Shown: positions 29,183 through 44,100 of the stretch, piece by piece
How positions within the stretch are numbered: the first letter of the stretch is position 1
How the letters are laid out: every line of letters begins with the position of its first letter
NCBI GenBank assembly: GCA_964057225.1
Contig: OZ059900.1
Span: 8,370,001 to 8,434,000 of the forward strand
DNA length: 64,000 nt
Direction: 5' to 3'
Source of the DNA: Auanema rhodensis
Taxonomy: Eukaryota > Animalia > Nematoda
Notes under the pieces: model-generated
The model's database searches: none
What the model saw: only the letters and a program-made list of their open reading frames with translations
What the model was told of the DNA's origin: nothing
Made by a program: the position numbers and the translations under genes

Positions 29183-32100
29183 TTCAGGATTCATAAACTT
29201 TGACTATTTTCACATATATATGTTCAATTTTAACCACTTTGGTCAAAAAGGACCGAAAATATCAAGAATTATTGGTTTTTTGGGGTTTGAAGGACATTTT
29301 GGCTAAATCAGTCAAACTTTTGATCTTAAGCATATTTTCTTCTTCTAAAACGACTAAATGTATGAAATACTGTCATAGAATGTTCATATAGGTGTATTTT
29401 GCACGAATATCAAAACTGATTGAAATATGGGCCTTTTTATGCTCAAAACGCCATATATTCAACGATTTTGGGTACAAAACATGTGAAAACTGTATGTTTT
29501 GATCAGACCCTTTGAGATATGGATTTGAAATTCAGGATTCATAAACTTTGACTATTTTCACATATATATGTTCAATTTTAACCACTTTGGTCAAAAAGGA
29601 CCGAAAATATCAAGAATTATTGGTTTTTTGGGGTTTGAAGGGCATTTTGGCTAAATCAGTCAAACTTTTGATCTTAAGCATATTTTTTTCTTCTAAAACG
29701 ACTAAATGTTTGGAATACTGTCATAGAATGTTGATATAAGTGTATTTTGCACGAATATCAAAACTGATTGAAATATGGGCCTTTTTATGCTCAAAACGCC
29801 ATATATTCAACGATTTTGGGTACAAAACATGTGAAAACTGTATGTTTTGATCAGACCCTTTGAGATATGGATTTGAAATTCAGGATTCATAAACTTTGAC
29901 TATTTTCACATATATATGTTCAATTTTAACCACTTTGGTCAAAAAGGACCGAAAATATCAAGAATTATTGGTTTTTTGGGGTTTGAAGGGCATTTTGGCA
30001 AAATCAGTCAAACTTTTGATCTTAAGCATATTTTTTTCTTCTAAAACGACTAAATGTATGGAATACTGTCATAGAATGTTCATATAGGTGTATTTTGCAC
30101 GAATATCAAAACTGATTGAAATATGGGCCTTTTTATGCTCAAAACGCCATATATTCAACGATTTTGGGTACAAAACATGTGAAAACTGTATGTTTTGATC
30201 AGACCCTTTGAGATATGGATTTGAAATTCAGGATTCATAAACTTTGACTATTTTCACATATATATGTTCAATTTTAACCACTTTGGTCAAAAAGGACCGA
30301 AAATATCAAGAATTATTGGTTTTTTGGGGTTTGAAGGGCATTTTGGCTAAATCAGTCAAACTTTTGATCTTAAGCATATTTTTTTCTTCTAAAACGACTA
30401 AATGTATGGAATACTGTCATAGAATGTTCATATAGGTGTATTTTGCACGAATATCAAAACTGATTGAAATATGGGCCTTTTTATGCTCAAAACGCCATAT
30501 ATTCAACGATTTTGGGTACAAAACATGTGAAAACTGTATGTTTTGATCAGACTCTTTGAGATATGGATTTGAAATTCAGGATTCATAAACTTTGACTATT
30601 TTCACATATATATGTTCAATTTTAACCACTTTGGTCAAAAAGGACCGAAAATATCAAGAATTATTGGTTTTTTGGGGTTTGAAGGGCATTTTGGCTAAAT
30701 CAGTCAAACTTTTGATCTTAAGCATATTTTTTTCTTCTAAAACGACTAAATGTATGAAATACTTTCATAGAATGTTCATATAGGTGTATTTTGCACGAAT
30801 ATCAAAACTGATTGAAATATGGGCCTTTTTATGCTCAAAACGCCATATATTCAACGATTTTGGGTACAAAACATGTGAAAACTGTATGTTTTGATCAGAC
30901 CCTTTGAGATATGGATTTGAAATTCAGGATTCATAAACTTTGACTATTTTTACATATATATGTCCAATTTTAACCACTTTGGTCAAAAAGGACCGAAAAT
31001 ATCAAGAATTATTGGTTTTTTGGGGTTTGAAGGGCATTTTGGCTAAATCAGTCAAACTTTTGATCTTAAGCATATTTTTTTCTTCTAAAACGACTAAATG
31101 TATGGAATACTGTCATAGAATGTTGATATAAGTGTATTTTGCACGAATATCAAAACTGATTGAAATATGGGCCTTTTTATGCTCAAAACGCCATATATTC
31201 AACGATTTTGGGTACAAAACATGTGAAAACTGTATGTTTTGATCAGACCCTTTGAGATATGGATTTGAAATTCAGGATTCATAAACTTCGACTATTTCTA
31301 CATATATATGTCCAATTTTAACCACTTTGGTCAAAAAGGACCGAAAATATCAAGAATTATTGGTTTTTTGGGGTTTGAAGGGCATTTTGGCTAAATCAGT
31401 CAAACTTTTGATCTTAAGCATATTTTTTTCTTCTAAAACGACTAAATGTATGGAATACTGTCATAGAATGTTCATATAGGTGTATTTTGCACGAATATCA
31501 AAACTGATTGAAATATGGGCCTTTTTATGCTCAAAACGCCATATATTCAACGATTTTGGGTACAAAACATGTGAAAACTGTATGTTTTGATCAGACCCTT
31601 TGAGATATGGATTTGAAATTCAGGATTCATAAACTTTGACTATTTTCACATATATATGTTCAATTTTAACCACTTTGGTCAAAAAGGACCGAAAATATCA
31701 AGAATTATTGGTTTTTTGGGGTTTGAAGGGCATTTTGGCTAAATCAGTCAAACTTTTGGCATATTTTTTTCTTCTAAAACGACTAAATGTTAGGAATACT
31801 GTCATAGAATGTTGATATAGGTGTATTTTGCACGAATATCAAAACTGATTGAAATATGGGCCTTTTTATGCTCAAAACGCCATATATTTAACAATTTTGG
31901 GTACAAAACATGTGAAAACTGTATGTTTTGATCAGACCCTTTGAGATATGGATTTGAAATTCAGGATTCATAAACTTTGACTATTTTCACATATATATGT
32001 TCAATTTTAACCACTTTGGTCAAAAAGGACCGAAAATATCAAGAATTATTGGTTTTTTGGGGTTTGAAGGACATTTTGGCTAAATCAGTCAAACTTTTGA

Positions 32101-35100
32101 TCTTAAGCATATTTTCTTCTTCTAAAACGACTAAATGTATGAAATACTGTCATAGAATGTTCATATAGGTGTATTTTGCACGAATATCAAAACTGATTGA
32201 AATATGGGCCTTTTTATGCTCAAAACGCCATATATTCAACGATTTTGGGTACAAAACATGTGAAAACTGTATGTTTTGATCAGACCCTTTGAGATATGGA
32301 TTTGAAATTCAGGATTCATAAACTTTGACTATTTTCACATATATATGTTCAATTTTAACCACTTTGGTCAAAAAGGACCGAAAATATCAAGAATTATTGG
32401 ATTTTGGGGTTTGAAGGGCATTTTGGCTAAATCAGTCAAACTTTTGGCATATTTTTTTCTTCTAAAACGACTAAATGTTGGGAATACTGTCATAGAATGT
32501 TGATACAGGTGTATTTTGCACGAATATCAAAACTGATTGAAATATGGGCCTTTTTATGCTCAAAACGCCATATATTCAACAATTTTGGGTACAAAACATG
32601 TGAAAACTGTATGTTTTGATCAGACCCTTTGAGATATGGATTTGAAATTCAGGATTCATAAACTTTGACTATTTTCACATATATATGTTCAATTTTAACC
32701 ACTTTGGTCAAAAAGGACCGAAAATATCAAGAATTATTGGTTTTTTGGGGTTTGAAGGACATTTTGGCTAAATCAGTCAAACTTTTGATCTTAAGCATAT
32801 TTTCTTCTTCTAAAACGACTAAATGTATGAAATACTGTCATAGAATGTTCATATAGGTGTATTTTGCACGAATATCAAAACTGATTGAAATATGGGCCTT
32901 TTTATGCTCAAAACGCCATATATTCAACGATTTTGGGTACAAAACATGTGAAAACTGTATGTTTTGATCAGACCCTTTGAGATATGGATTTGAAATTCAG
33001 GATTCATAAACTTTGACTAGTTTCACATATATATGTTCAATTTTAACCACTTTGGTCAAAAAGGACCGAAAATATCAAGAATTATTGGTTTTTTGGGGTT
33101 TGAAGGACATTTTGGCTAAATCAGTCAAACTTTTGATCTTAAGCATATTTTTTTCTTCTAAAACGACTAAATGTATGAAATACTGTCATAGAATGTTCAT
33201 ATAGGTGTATTTTGCACGAATATCAAAACTGATTGAAATATGGGCCTTTTTATGCTCAAAACGCCATATATTCAACGATTTTGGGTACAAAACATGTGAA
33301 AACTGTATGTTTTGATCAGACCCTTTGAGATATGGATTTGAAATTCAGGATTTATAAACTTTGACTATTTTCACATATATATGTTCAATTTTAACCACTT
33401 TGGTCAAAAAGGACCGAAAATATCAAGAATTATTGGTTTTTTGGGGATTGAAGGGCATTTTGGCAAAATCAGTCAAACTTTTGATCTTAAGCATATTTTT
33501 TTCTTCTAAAACGACTAGATGTATGGAATACTGTCATAGAATGTTGATATAGGTGTATTTTGCACGAATATCGAAACTGATTGAAATATGGGCCTTTTTA
33601 TGCTCAAAACGCCATATATTCAACGATTTTGGGTACAAAACATGTGAAAACTGTATGTTTTGATCAAACCCTTTGAGATATGGATTTGAAATTCAGGATT
33701 CATAAACTTTGACTATTTTCACATATATATGTTCAATTTTAACCACTTTGGTCAAAAAGGACCGAAAATATCAAGAATTATTGGTTTTTTGGGGTTTGAA
33801 GGACATTTTGGCTAAATCAGTCAAACTTTTGGCATATTTTTTTCTTCTAAAACGACTAAATGTTAGGAATACTGTCATAGAATGTTGATATAGGTGTATT
33901 TTGCACGAATATCAAAACTGATTGAAATATGGGCCTTTTTATGCTCAAAACGCCATATATTCAACGATTTTGGGTACAAAACATGTGAAAACTGTATGTT
34001 TTGATCAGACCCTTTGAGATATGGATTTGAAATTCAGGATTCATAAACTTTGACTATTTTCACATATATATGTTCAATTTTAACCACTTTGGTCAAAAAG
34101 GACCGAAAATATCAAGAATTATTGGTTTTTTGGGGTTTGAAGGACATTTTGGCTAAATCAGTCAAACTTTTGATCTTAAGCATATTTTCTTCTTCTAAAA
34201 CGACTAAATGTATGAAATACTGTCATAGAATGTTCATATAGGTGTATTTTGCACGAATATCAAAACTGATTGAAATATGGGCCTTTTTATGCTCAAAACG
34301 CCATATATTCAACGATTTTGGGTACAAAACATGTGAAAACTGTATGTTTTGATCAGACCCTTTGAGATATGGATTTGAAATTCAGGATTCATAAACTTTG
34401 ACTATTTTCACATATATATGTTCAATTTTAACCACTTTGGTCAAAACGGACCGAAAATATCAAGAATTATTGGTTTTTTGGGGTTTGAAGGACATTTTGG
34501 CTAAATCAGTCAAACTTTTGATCTTAAGCATATTTTTTTCTTTTAAAACGACTAAATGTATGAAATACTGTCATAGAGTGTTCATATAGGTGTATTTTGC
34601 ACGAATATCAAAACTGATTGAAATATGGGCCTTTTTATGCTCAAAACGCCATATATTCAACGATTTTGGGTACAAAACATGTGAAAACTGTATGTTTTGA
34701 TCAGACCCTTTGAGATATGGATTTGAAATTCAGGATTTATAAACTTTGACTATTTTCACATATATATGTTCAATTTTAACCACTTTGGTCAAAAAGGACC
34801 GAAAATATCAAGAATTATTGGTTTTTTGGGGATTGAAGGGCATTTTGGCAAAATCAGTCAAACTTTTGATCTTAAGCATATTTTTTTCTTCTAAAACGAC
34901 TAGATGTATGGAATACTGTCATAGAATGTTGATATAGGTGTATTTTGCACGAATATCGAAACTGATTGAAATATGGGCCTTTTTATGCTCAAAACGCCAT
35001 ATACTCAACGATTTTGGGTACAAAACATGTGAAAACTGTATGTTTTGATCAAACCCTTTGAGATATGGATTTGAAATTCAGGATTCATAAACTTCGACTA

Positions 35101-38100
35101 TTTCTACAAATATATGTCCAATTTTAACCACTTTGGTCAAAAAGGACCGAAAATATCAAGAATTATTGGTTTTTTGGGGTTTGAAGGGCATTTTGGCAAA
35201 ATCAGACAAACTTTTGATCTTAAGCATATTTTTTTCTTCTAAAACGACTAAATGTATGAAATACTGTCAAAGAATGTTCATATAGGTGTATTTTGCACGA
35301 ATATCAAAACTGATTGAAATATGGGCCTTTTTATGCTCAAAACGCCATATATTCAACAATTTTGGGTACAAAACATGTGAAAACTATATGTTTTGATCAG
35401 ACCCTTTAAAGATATGGATTTGAAATTCAGGATTCATAAACTTCGACTATTTCTACATATATATGTCCAATTTTAACCACTTTGGTCAAAAAGGACCGAA
35501 AATATCAAAAATTATTGGTTTCTTGGGGTTTGAAGGGCATTTTGGCAAAATCAGTCAAACTTTTGATCTTAAGCATATTTTTTTCTTCTAAAACGACTAA
35601 ATGTTAGGAATACTGTCATAGAATGTTGATATAGGTGTATTTTGCACGAATATCAAAACTGATTGAAATATGGGCCTTTTTATGCTCAAAACGCCATATA
35701 TTCAACGATTTTGGGTACAAAACATGTGAAAACTGTATGTTTTGATCAGACCCTTTGAGATATGGATTTGAAATTCAGGATTCATAAACTTTGACTATTT
35801 TCACATATATATGTTCAATTTTAACCACTTTGGTCAAAAAGGACCGAAAATATCAAGAATTATTGGTTTTTTGAGGTTTGAAGGGCATTTTGGCTAAATC
35901 AGTCAAACTTTTGATCTTAAGCATATTTTTTTCTTCTCAAACGACTAAATGTATGAAATACTGTCATAGAATGTTCATATAGGTGTATTTTGCACGAATA
36001 TCAAAACTGATTGAAATATGGGCCTTTTTATGCTCAAAACGCCATATATTCAACGATTTTGGGTACAAAACATGTGAAAACTGTATGTTTTGATCAGACC
36101 CTTTGAGATATGGATTTGAAATTCAGGATTCATAAACTTTGACTATTTTTACATATATATGTCCAATTTTAACCACTTTGGTCAAAAAGGACCGAAAATA
36201 TCAAGAATTATTGGTTTTTTGGGGTTTGAAGGGCATTTTGGCAAAATCAGTCAAACTTTTGATCTTAAGCATATTTTTTTCTTCTAAAACGACTAAATGT
36301 TAGGAATACTGTCATAGAATGTTGATATAGGTGTATTTTGCACGAATATCAAAACTGATTGAAATATGGGCCTTTTTCTGCTCAAAACGCCATATATTCA
36401 ACGATTTTGGGTACAAAACATGTGAAAACTGTATGTTTTGATCAGACTCTTTGAGATATGGATTTGAAATTCAGGATTCATAAACTTTGACTATTTTCAC
36501 ATATATATGTTCAATTTTAACCACTTTGGTCAAAAAGGACCGAAAATATCAAGAATTATTGGTTTTTTGGGGTTTGAAGGGCATTTTGGCTAAATCAGTC
36601 AAACTTTTGATCTTAAGCATATTTTTTTCTTCTAAAACGACTAAATGTATGGAAGACTGTCATAGAATGTTGATATAGGTGTATTTTGCACGAATATCAA
36701 AACTGATTGAAATATGGGCCTTTTTATGCTCAAAACGACATATATTCAACGATTTTGGGTACAAAACATGTGAAAACTGTATGTTTTGATCAGACCCTTT
36801 GAGATATGGATTTGAAATTCAGGATTCATAAACTTTGACTATTTTTACATATATATGTCCAATTTTAACCACTTTGGTCAAAAAGGACCGAAAATATCAA
36901 GAATTATTGGTTTTTTGGGGTTTGAAGGGCATTTTGGCAAAATCAGTCAAACTTTTGATCTTAAGCATATTTTTTTCTTCTAAAACGACTAAATGTTAGG
37001 AATACTGTCATAGAATGTTGATATAGGTGTATTTTGCACGAATATCAAAACTGATTGAAATATGGGCCTTTTTCTGCTCAAAACGCCATATATTCAACGA
37101 TTTTGGGTACAAAACATGTGAAAACTGTATGTTTTGATCAGACTCTTTGAGATATGGATTTGAAATTCAGGATTCATAAACTTTGACTATTTTCACATAT
37201 ATATGTTCAATTTTAACCACTTTGGTCAAAAAGGACCGAAAATATCAAGAATTATTGGTTTTTTGGGGTTTGAAGGGCATTTTGGCTAAATCAGTCAAAC
37301 TTTTGATCTTAAGCATATTTTTTTCTTCTAAAACGACTAAATGTATGGAAGACTGTCATAGAATGTTGATATAGGTGTATTTTGCACGAATATCAAAACT
37401 GATTGAAATATGGGCCTTTTTATGCTCAAAACGCCATATATTCAACGATTTTGGGTACAAAACATGTGAAAACTGTATGTTTTGATCAAACCCTTTGAGA
37501 TATGGATTTGAAATTCAGGATTCATAAACTTCGACTATTTCTACAAATATATGTCCAATTTTAACCACTTTGGTCAAAAAGGACCGAAAATATCAAGAAT
37601 TATTGGTTTTTTGGGGTTTGAAGGGCATTTTGGCAAAATCAGACAAACTTTTGATCTTAAGCATATTTTTTTCTTCTAAAACGACTAAATGTATGAAATA
37701 CTGTCAAAGAATGTTCATATAGGTGTATTTTGCACGAATATCAAAACTGATTGAAATATGGGCCTTTTTATGCTCAAAACGCCATATATTCAACAATTTT
37801 GGGTACAAAACATGTGAAAACTATATGTTTTGATCAGACCTTTTAAAGATATGGATTTGAAATTCAGGATTCATAAACTTCGACTATTTCTACATATATA
37901 TGTCCAATTTTAACCACTTTGGTCAAAAAGGACCGAAAATATCAAAAATTATTGGTTTCTTGGGGTTTGAAGGGCATTTTGGCAAAATCAGTCAAACTTT
38001 TGATCTTAAGCATATTTTTTTCTTCTAAAACGACTAAATGTTAGGAATACTGTCATAGAATGTTGATATAGGTGTATTTTGCACGAATATCAAAACTGAT

Positions 38101-41100
38101 TGAAATATGGGCCTTTTTATGCTCAAAACGCCATATATTCAACGATTTTGGGTACAAAACATGTGAAAACTGTATGTTTTGATCAGACCCTTTGAGATAT
38201 GGATTTGAAATTCAGGATTCATAAACTTTGACTATTTTCACATATATATGTTCAATTTTAACCACTTTGGTCAAAAAGGACCGAAAATATCAAGAATTAT
38301 TGGTTTTTTGAGGTTTGAAGGGCATTTTGGCTAAATCAGTCAAACTTTTGATCTTAAGCATATTTTTTTCTTCTCAAACGACTAAATGTATGAAATACTG
38401 TCATAGAATGTTCATATAGGTGTATTTTGCACGAATATCAAAACTGATTGAAATATGGGCCTTTTTATGCTCAAAACGCCATATATTCAACGATTTTGGG
38501 TACAAAACATGTGAAAACTGTATGTTTTGATCAGACCCTTTGAGATATGGATTTGAAATTCAGGATTCATAAACTTTGACTATTTTTACATATATATGTC
38601 CAATTTTAACCACTTTGGTCAAAAAGGACCGAAAATATCAAGAATTATTGGTTTTTTGGGGTTTGAAGGGCATTTTGGCAAAATCAGTCAAACTTTTGAT
38701 CTTAAGCATATTTTTTTCTTCTAAAACGACTAAATGTTAGGAATACTGTCATAGAATGTTGATATAGGTGTATTTTGCACGAATATCAAAACTGATTGAA
38801 ATATGGGCCTTTTTATGCTCAAAACGCCATATATTCAACGATTTTGGGTACAAAACATGTGAAAACTGTATGTTTTGATCAGACCCTTTGAGATATGGAT
38901 TTGAAATTCAGGATTCATAAACTTTGACTATTTTCACATATATATGTTCAATTTTAACCACTTTGGTCAAAAAGGACCGAAAATATCAAGAATTATTGGT
39001 TTTTTGAGGTTTGAAGGGCATTTTGGCTAAATCAGTCAAACTTTTGATCTTAAGCATATTTTTTTCTTCTCAAACGACTAAATGTATGAAATACTGTCAT
39101 AGAATGTTCATATAGGTGTATTTTGCACGAATATCAAAACTGATTGAAATATGGGCCTTTTTATGCTCAAAACGCCATATATTCAACGATTTTGGGTACA
39201 AAACATGTGAAAACTGTATGTTTTGATCAGACCCTTTGAGATATGGATTTGAAATTCAGGATTCATAAACTTTGACTATTTTTACATATATATGTCCAAT
39301 TTTAACCACTTTGGTCAAAAAGGACCGAAAATATCAAGAATTATTGGTTTTTTGGGGTTTGAAGGGCATTTTGGCAAAATCAGTCAAACTTTTGATCTTA
39401 AGCATATTTTTTTCTTCTAAAACGACTAAATGTTAGGAATACTGTCATAGAATATTGATATAGGTGTATTTTGCACGAATATCAAAACTGATTGAAATAT
39501 GGGCCTTTTTCTGCTCAAAACGCCATATATTCAACGATTTTGGGTACAAAACATGTGAAAACTGTATGTTTTGATCAGACTCTTTGAGATATGGATTTGA
39601 AATTCAGGATTCATAAACTTTGACTATTTTCACATATATATGTTCAATTTTAACCACTTTGGTCAAAAAGGACCGAAAATATCAAGAATTATTGGTTTTT
39701 TGGGGTTTGAAGGGCATTTTGGCTAAATCAGTCAAACTTTTGATCTTAAGCATATTTTTTTCTTCTAAAACGACTAAATGTATGGAAGACTGTCATAGAA
39801 TGTTCATATAGGTGTATTTTGCACGAATATCAAAACTGATTGAAATATGGGCCTTTTTATGCTCAAAACGCCATATATTCAACGATTTTGGGTACAAAAC
39901 ATGTGAAAACTGTATGTTTTGATCAGACCCTTTGAGATATGGATTTGAAATTCAGGATTCATAAACTTTGACTATTTTTACATATATATGTCCAATTTTA
40001 ACCACTTTGGTCAAAAAGGACCGAAAATATGAAGAATTATTGGTTTTTTGGGGTTTGAAGGACATTTTGGCTGAATCAGTCAAACTTTTGATCTTAAGCA
40101 TATTTTTTTCTTCTAAAACGACTAAATGTATGAAATACTGTCATAGAATGTTCATATAGGTGTATTTTGCACGAATATCAAAACTGATTGAAATATGGGC
40201 CTTTTTATGCTCAAAACGCCATATATTCAACGATTTTGGGTACAAAACATGTGAAAACTGTATGTTTTGATCAGACCCTTTGAGATATGGATTTGAAATT
40301 CAGGATTCATAAACTTTGACTATTTTCACATATATATGTTCAATTTTAACCACTTTGGTCAAAAAGGACCGAAAATATCAAGAATTATTGGTTTTTTGAG
40401 GTTTGAAGGGCATTTTGGCTAAATCAGTCAAACTTTTGATCTTAAGCATATTTTTTTCTTCTAAAACGACTAAATGTATGAAATACTGTCATAGAATGTT
40501 CATATAGGTGTATTTTGCACGAATATCAAAACTGATTGAAATATGGGCCTTTTTATGCTCAAAACGCCATATATTCAACAATTTTGGGTACAAAACATGT
40601 GAAAACTGTATGTTTTGATCAGACCCTTTGAGATATGGATTTGAAATTCAGGATTCATAAACTGTGACTATTTTCACATATATATGTTCAATTTTAACCA
40701 CTTTGGTCAAAAAGGACCGAAAATATCAAGAATTATTGGTTTTTTGGGGTTTGAAGGGCATTTTGGCTAAATCAGTCAAACTTTTGATCTTAAGCATATT
40801 TTTTTCTTCTAAAACGACTAAATGTATGAAATACTGTCATAGAATGTTCATATAGGTGTATTTTGCACGAATATCAAAACTGATTGAAATATGGGCCTTT
40901 TTATGCTCAAAACGCCATATATTCAACGATTTTGGGTACAAAACATGTGAAAACTGTATGTTTTGATCAGACCCTTTGAGATATGGATTCGAAATTCAGG
41001 ATTCATAAACTTTGACTATTTTCACATATATATGTTCAATTTTAACCACTTTGGTCAAAAAGGACCGAAAATATCAAGAATTATTGGTTTTTTGAGGTTT

Positions 41101-44100
41101 GAAGGGCATTTTGGCTAAATCAGTCAAACTTTTGATCTTAAGCATATTTTTTTCTTCTCAAACGACTAAATGTATGAAATACTGTCATAGAATGTTCATA
41201 TAGGTGTATTTTGCACGAATATCAAAACTGATTGAAATATGGGCCTTTTTATGCTCAAAACGCCATATATTCAACGATTTTGGGTACAAAACATGTGAAA
41301 ACTGTATGTTTTGATCAGACCCTTTGAGATATGGATTTGAAATTCAGGATTCATAAACTTTGACTATTTTTACATTTATATGTCCAATTTTAACCACTTT
41401 GGTCAAAAAGGACCGAAAATATCAAGAATTATTGGTTTTTTGGGGTTTGAAGGGCATTTTGGCAAAATCAGTCAAACTTTTGATCTTAAGCATATTTTTT
41501 TCTTCTAAAACGACTAAATGTTAGGAATACTGTCATAGAATGTTGATATAGGTGTATTTTGCACGAATATCAAAACTGATTGAAATATGGGCCTTTTTCT
41601 GCTCAAAACGCCATATATTCAACGATTTTGGGTACAAAACATGTGAAAACTGTATGTTTTGATCAGACTCTTTGAGATATGGATTTGAAATTCAGGATTC
41701 ATAAACTTTGACTATTTTCACATATATATGTTCAATTTTAACCACTTTGGTCAAAAAGGACCGAAAATATCAAGAATTATTGGTTTTTTGGGGTTTGAAG
41801 GGCATTTTGGCTAAATCAGTCAAACTTTTGATCTTAAGCATATTTTTTTCTTCTAAAACGACTAAATGTATGGAAGACTGTCATAGAATGTTGATATAGG
41901 TGTATTTTGCACGAATATCAAAACTGATTGAAATATGGGCCTTTTTATGCTCAAAACGCCATATATTCAACGATTTTGGGTACAAAACATGTGAAAACTG
42001 TATGTTTTGATCAAACCCTTTGAGATATGGATTTGAAATTCAGGATTCATAAACTTCGACTATTTCTACAAATATATGTCCAATTTTAACCACTTTGGTC
42101 AAAAAGGACCGAAAATATCAAGAATTATTGGTTTTTTGGGGTTTGAAGGGCATTTTGGCAAAATCAGACAAACTTTTGATCTTAAGCATATTTTTTTCTT
42201 CTAAAACGACTAAATGTATGAAATACTGTCAAAGAATGTTCATATAGGTGTATTTTGCACGAATATCAAAACTGATTGAAATATGGGCCTTTTTATGCTC
42301 AAAACGCCATATATTCAACAATTTTGGGTACAAAACATGTGAAAACTATATGTTTTGATCAGACCCTTTAAAGATATGGATTTGAAATTCAGGATTCATA
42401 AACTTCGACTATTTCTACATATATATGTCCAATTTTAACCACTTTGGTCAAAAAGGACCGAAAATATCAAAAATTATTGGTTTCTTGGGGTTTGAAGGGC
42501 ATTTTGGCAAAATCAGTCAAACTTTTGATCTTAAGCATATTTTTTTCTTCTAAAACGACTAAATGTTAGGAATACTGTCATAGAATGTTCATATAGGTGT
42601 ATTTTGCACGAATATCAAAACTGATTGAAATATGGGCCTTTTTATGCTCAAAACGCCATATATTCAACGATTTTGGGTACAAAACATGTGAAAACTGTAT
42701 GTTTTGATCAGACCCTTTGAGATATGGATTTGAAATTCAGGATTCATAAACTTTGACTATTTTTACATATATATGTCCAATTTTAACCACTTTGGTCAAA
42801 AAGGGCCGAAAATATCAAGAATTATTGGTTTTTTGGGGTTTGAAGGACATTTTGGCAAAATCAGTCAAACTTTTGATCTTAAGCATATTTTTTTCTTCTA
42901 AAACGACTAAATGTTAGGAATACTGTCATAGAATGTTGATATAGGTGTATTTTGCACGAATATCAAAACTGATTGAAATATGGGCCTTTTTATGCTCAAA
43001 ACGCCATATATTCAACGATTTTGGGTACAAAACATGTGAAAACTGTATGTTTTGATCAGACCCTTTGAGATATGGATTTGAAATTCAGGATTCATAAACT
43101 TTGACTATTTTCACATATATATGTTCAATTTTAACCACTTTGGTCAAAAAGGACCGAAAATATCAAGAATTATTGGTTTTTTGAGGTTTGAAGGGCATTT
43201 TGGCTAAATCAGTCAAACTTTTGATCTTAAGCATATTTTTTTCTTCTCAAACGACTAAATGTATGAAATACTGTCATAGAATGTTCATATAGGTGTATTT
43301 TGCACGAATATCAAAACTGATTGAAATATGGGCCTTTTTATGCTCAAAACGCCATATATTCAACGATTTTGGGTACAAAACATGTGAAAACTGTATGTTT
43401 TGATCAGACCCTTTGAGATATGGATTTGAAATTCAGGATTCATAAACTTTGACTATTTTTACATATATATGTCCAATTTTAACCACTTTGGTCAAAAAGG
43501 ACCGAAAATATCAAGAATTATTGGTTTTTTGGGGTTTGAAGGGCATTTTGGCAAAATCAGTCAAACTTTTGATCTTAAGCATATTTTTTTCTTCTAAAAC
43601 GACTAAATGTTAGGAATACTGTCATAGAATGTTGATATAGGTGTATTTTGCACGAATATCAAAACTGATTGAAATATGGGCCTTTTTCTGCTCAAAACGC
43701 CATATATTCAATGATTTTGGGTACAAAACATGTGAAAACTGTATGTTTTGATCAGACTCTTTGAGATATGGATTTGAAATTCAGGATTCATAAACTTTGA
43801 CTATTTTTACATATATATGTTCAATTTTAACCACTTTGGTCAAAAAGGACCGAAAATATCAAGAATTATTGGTTTTTTGGGGTTTGAAGGGCATTTTGGC
43901 TAAATCAGTCAAACTTTTGATCTTAAGCATATTTTTTTCTTCTAAAACGACTAAATGTATGGAAGACTGTCATAGAATGTTCATATAGGTGTATTTTGCA
44001 CGAATATCAAAACTGATTGAAATATGGGCCTTTTTATGCTCAAAACGCCATATATTCAACGATTTTGGGTACAAAACATGTGAAAACCGTATGTTTTGAT

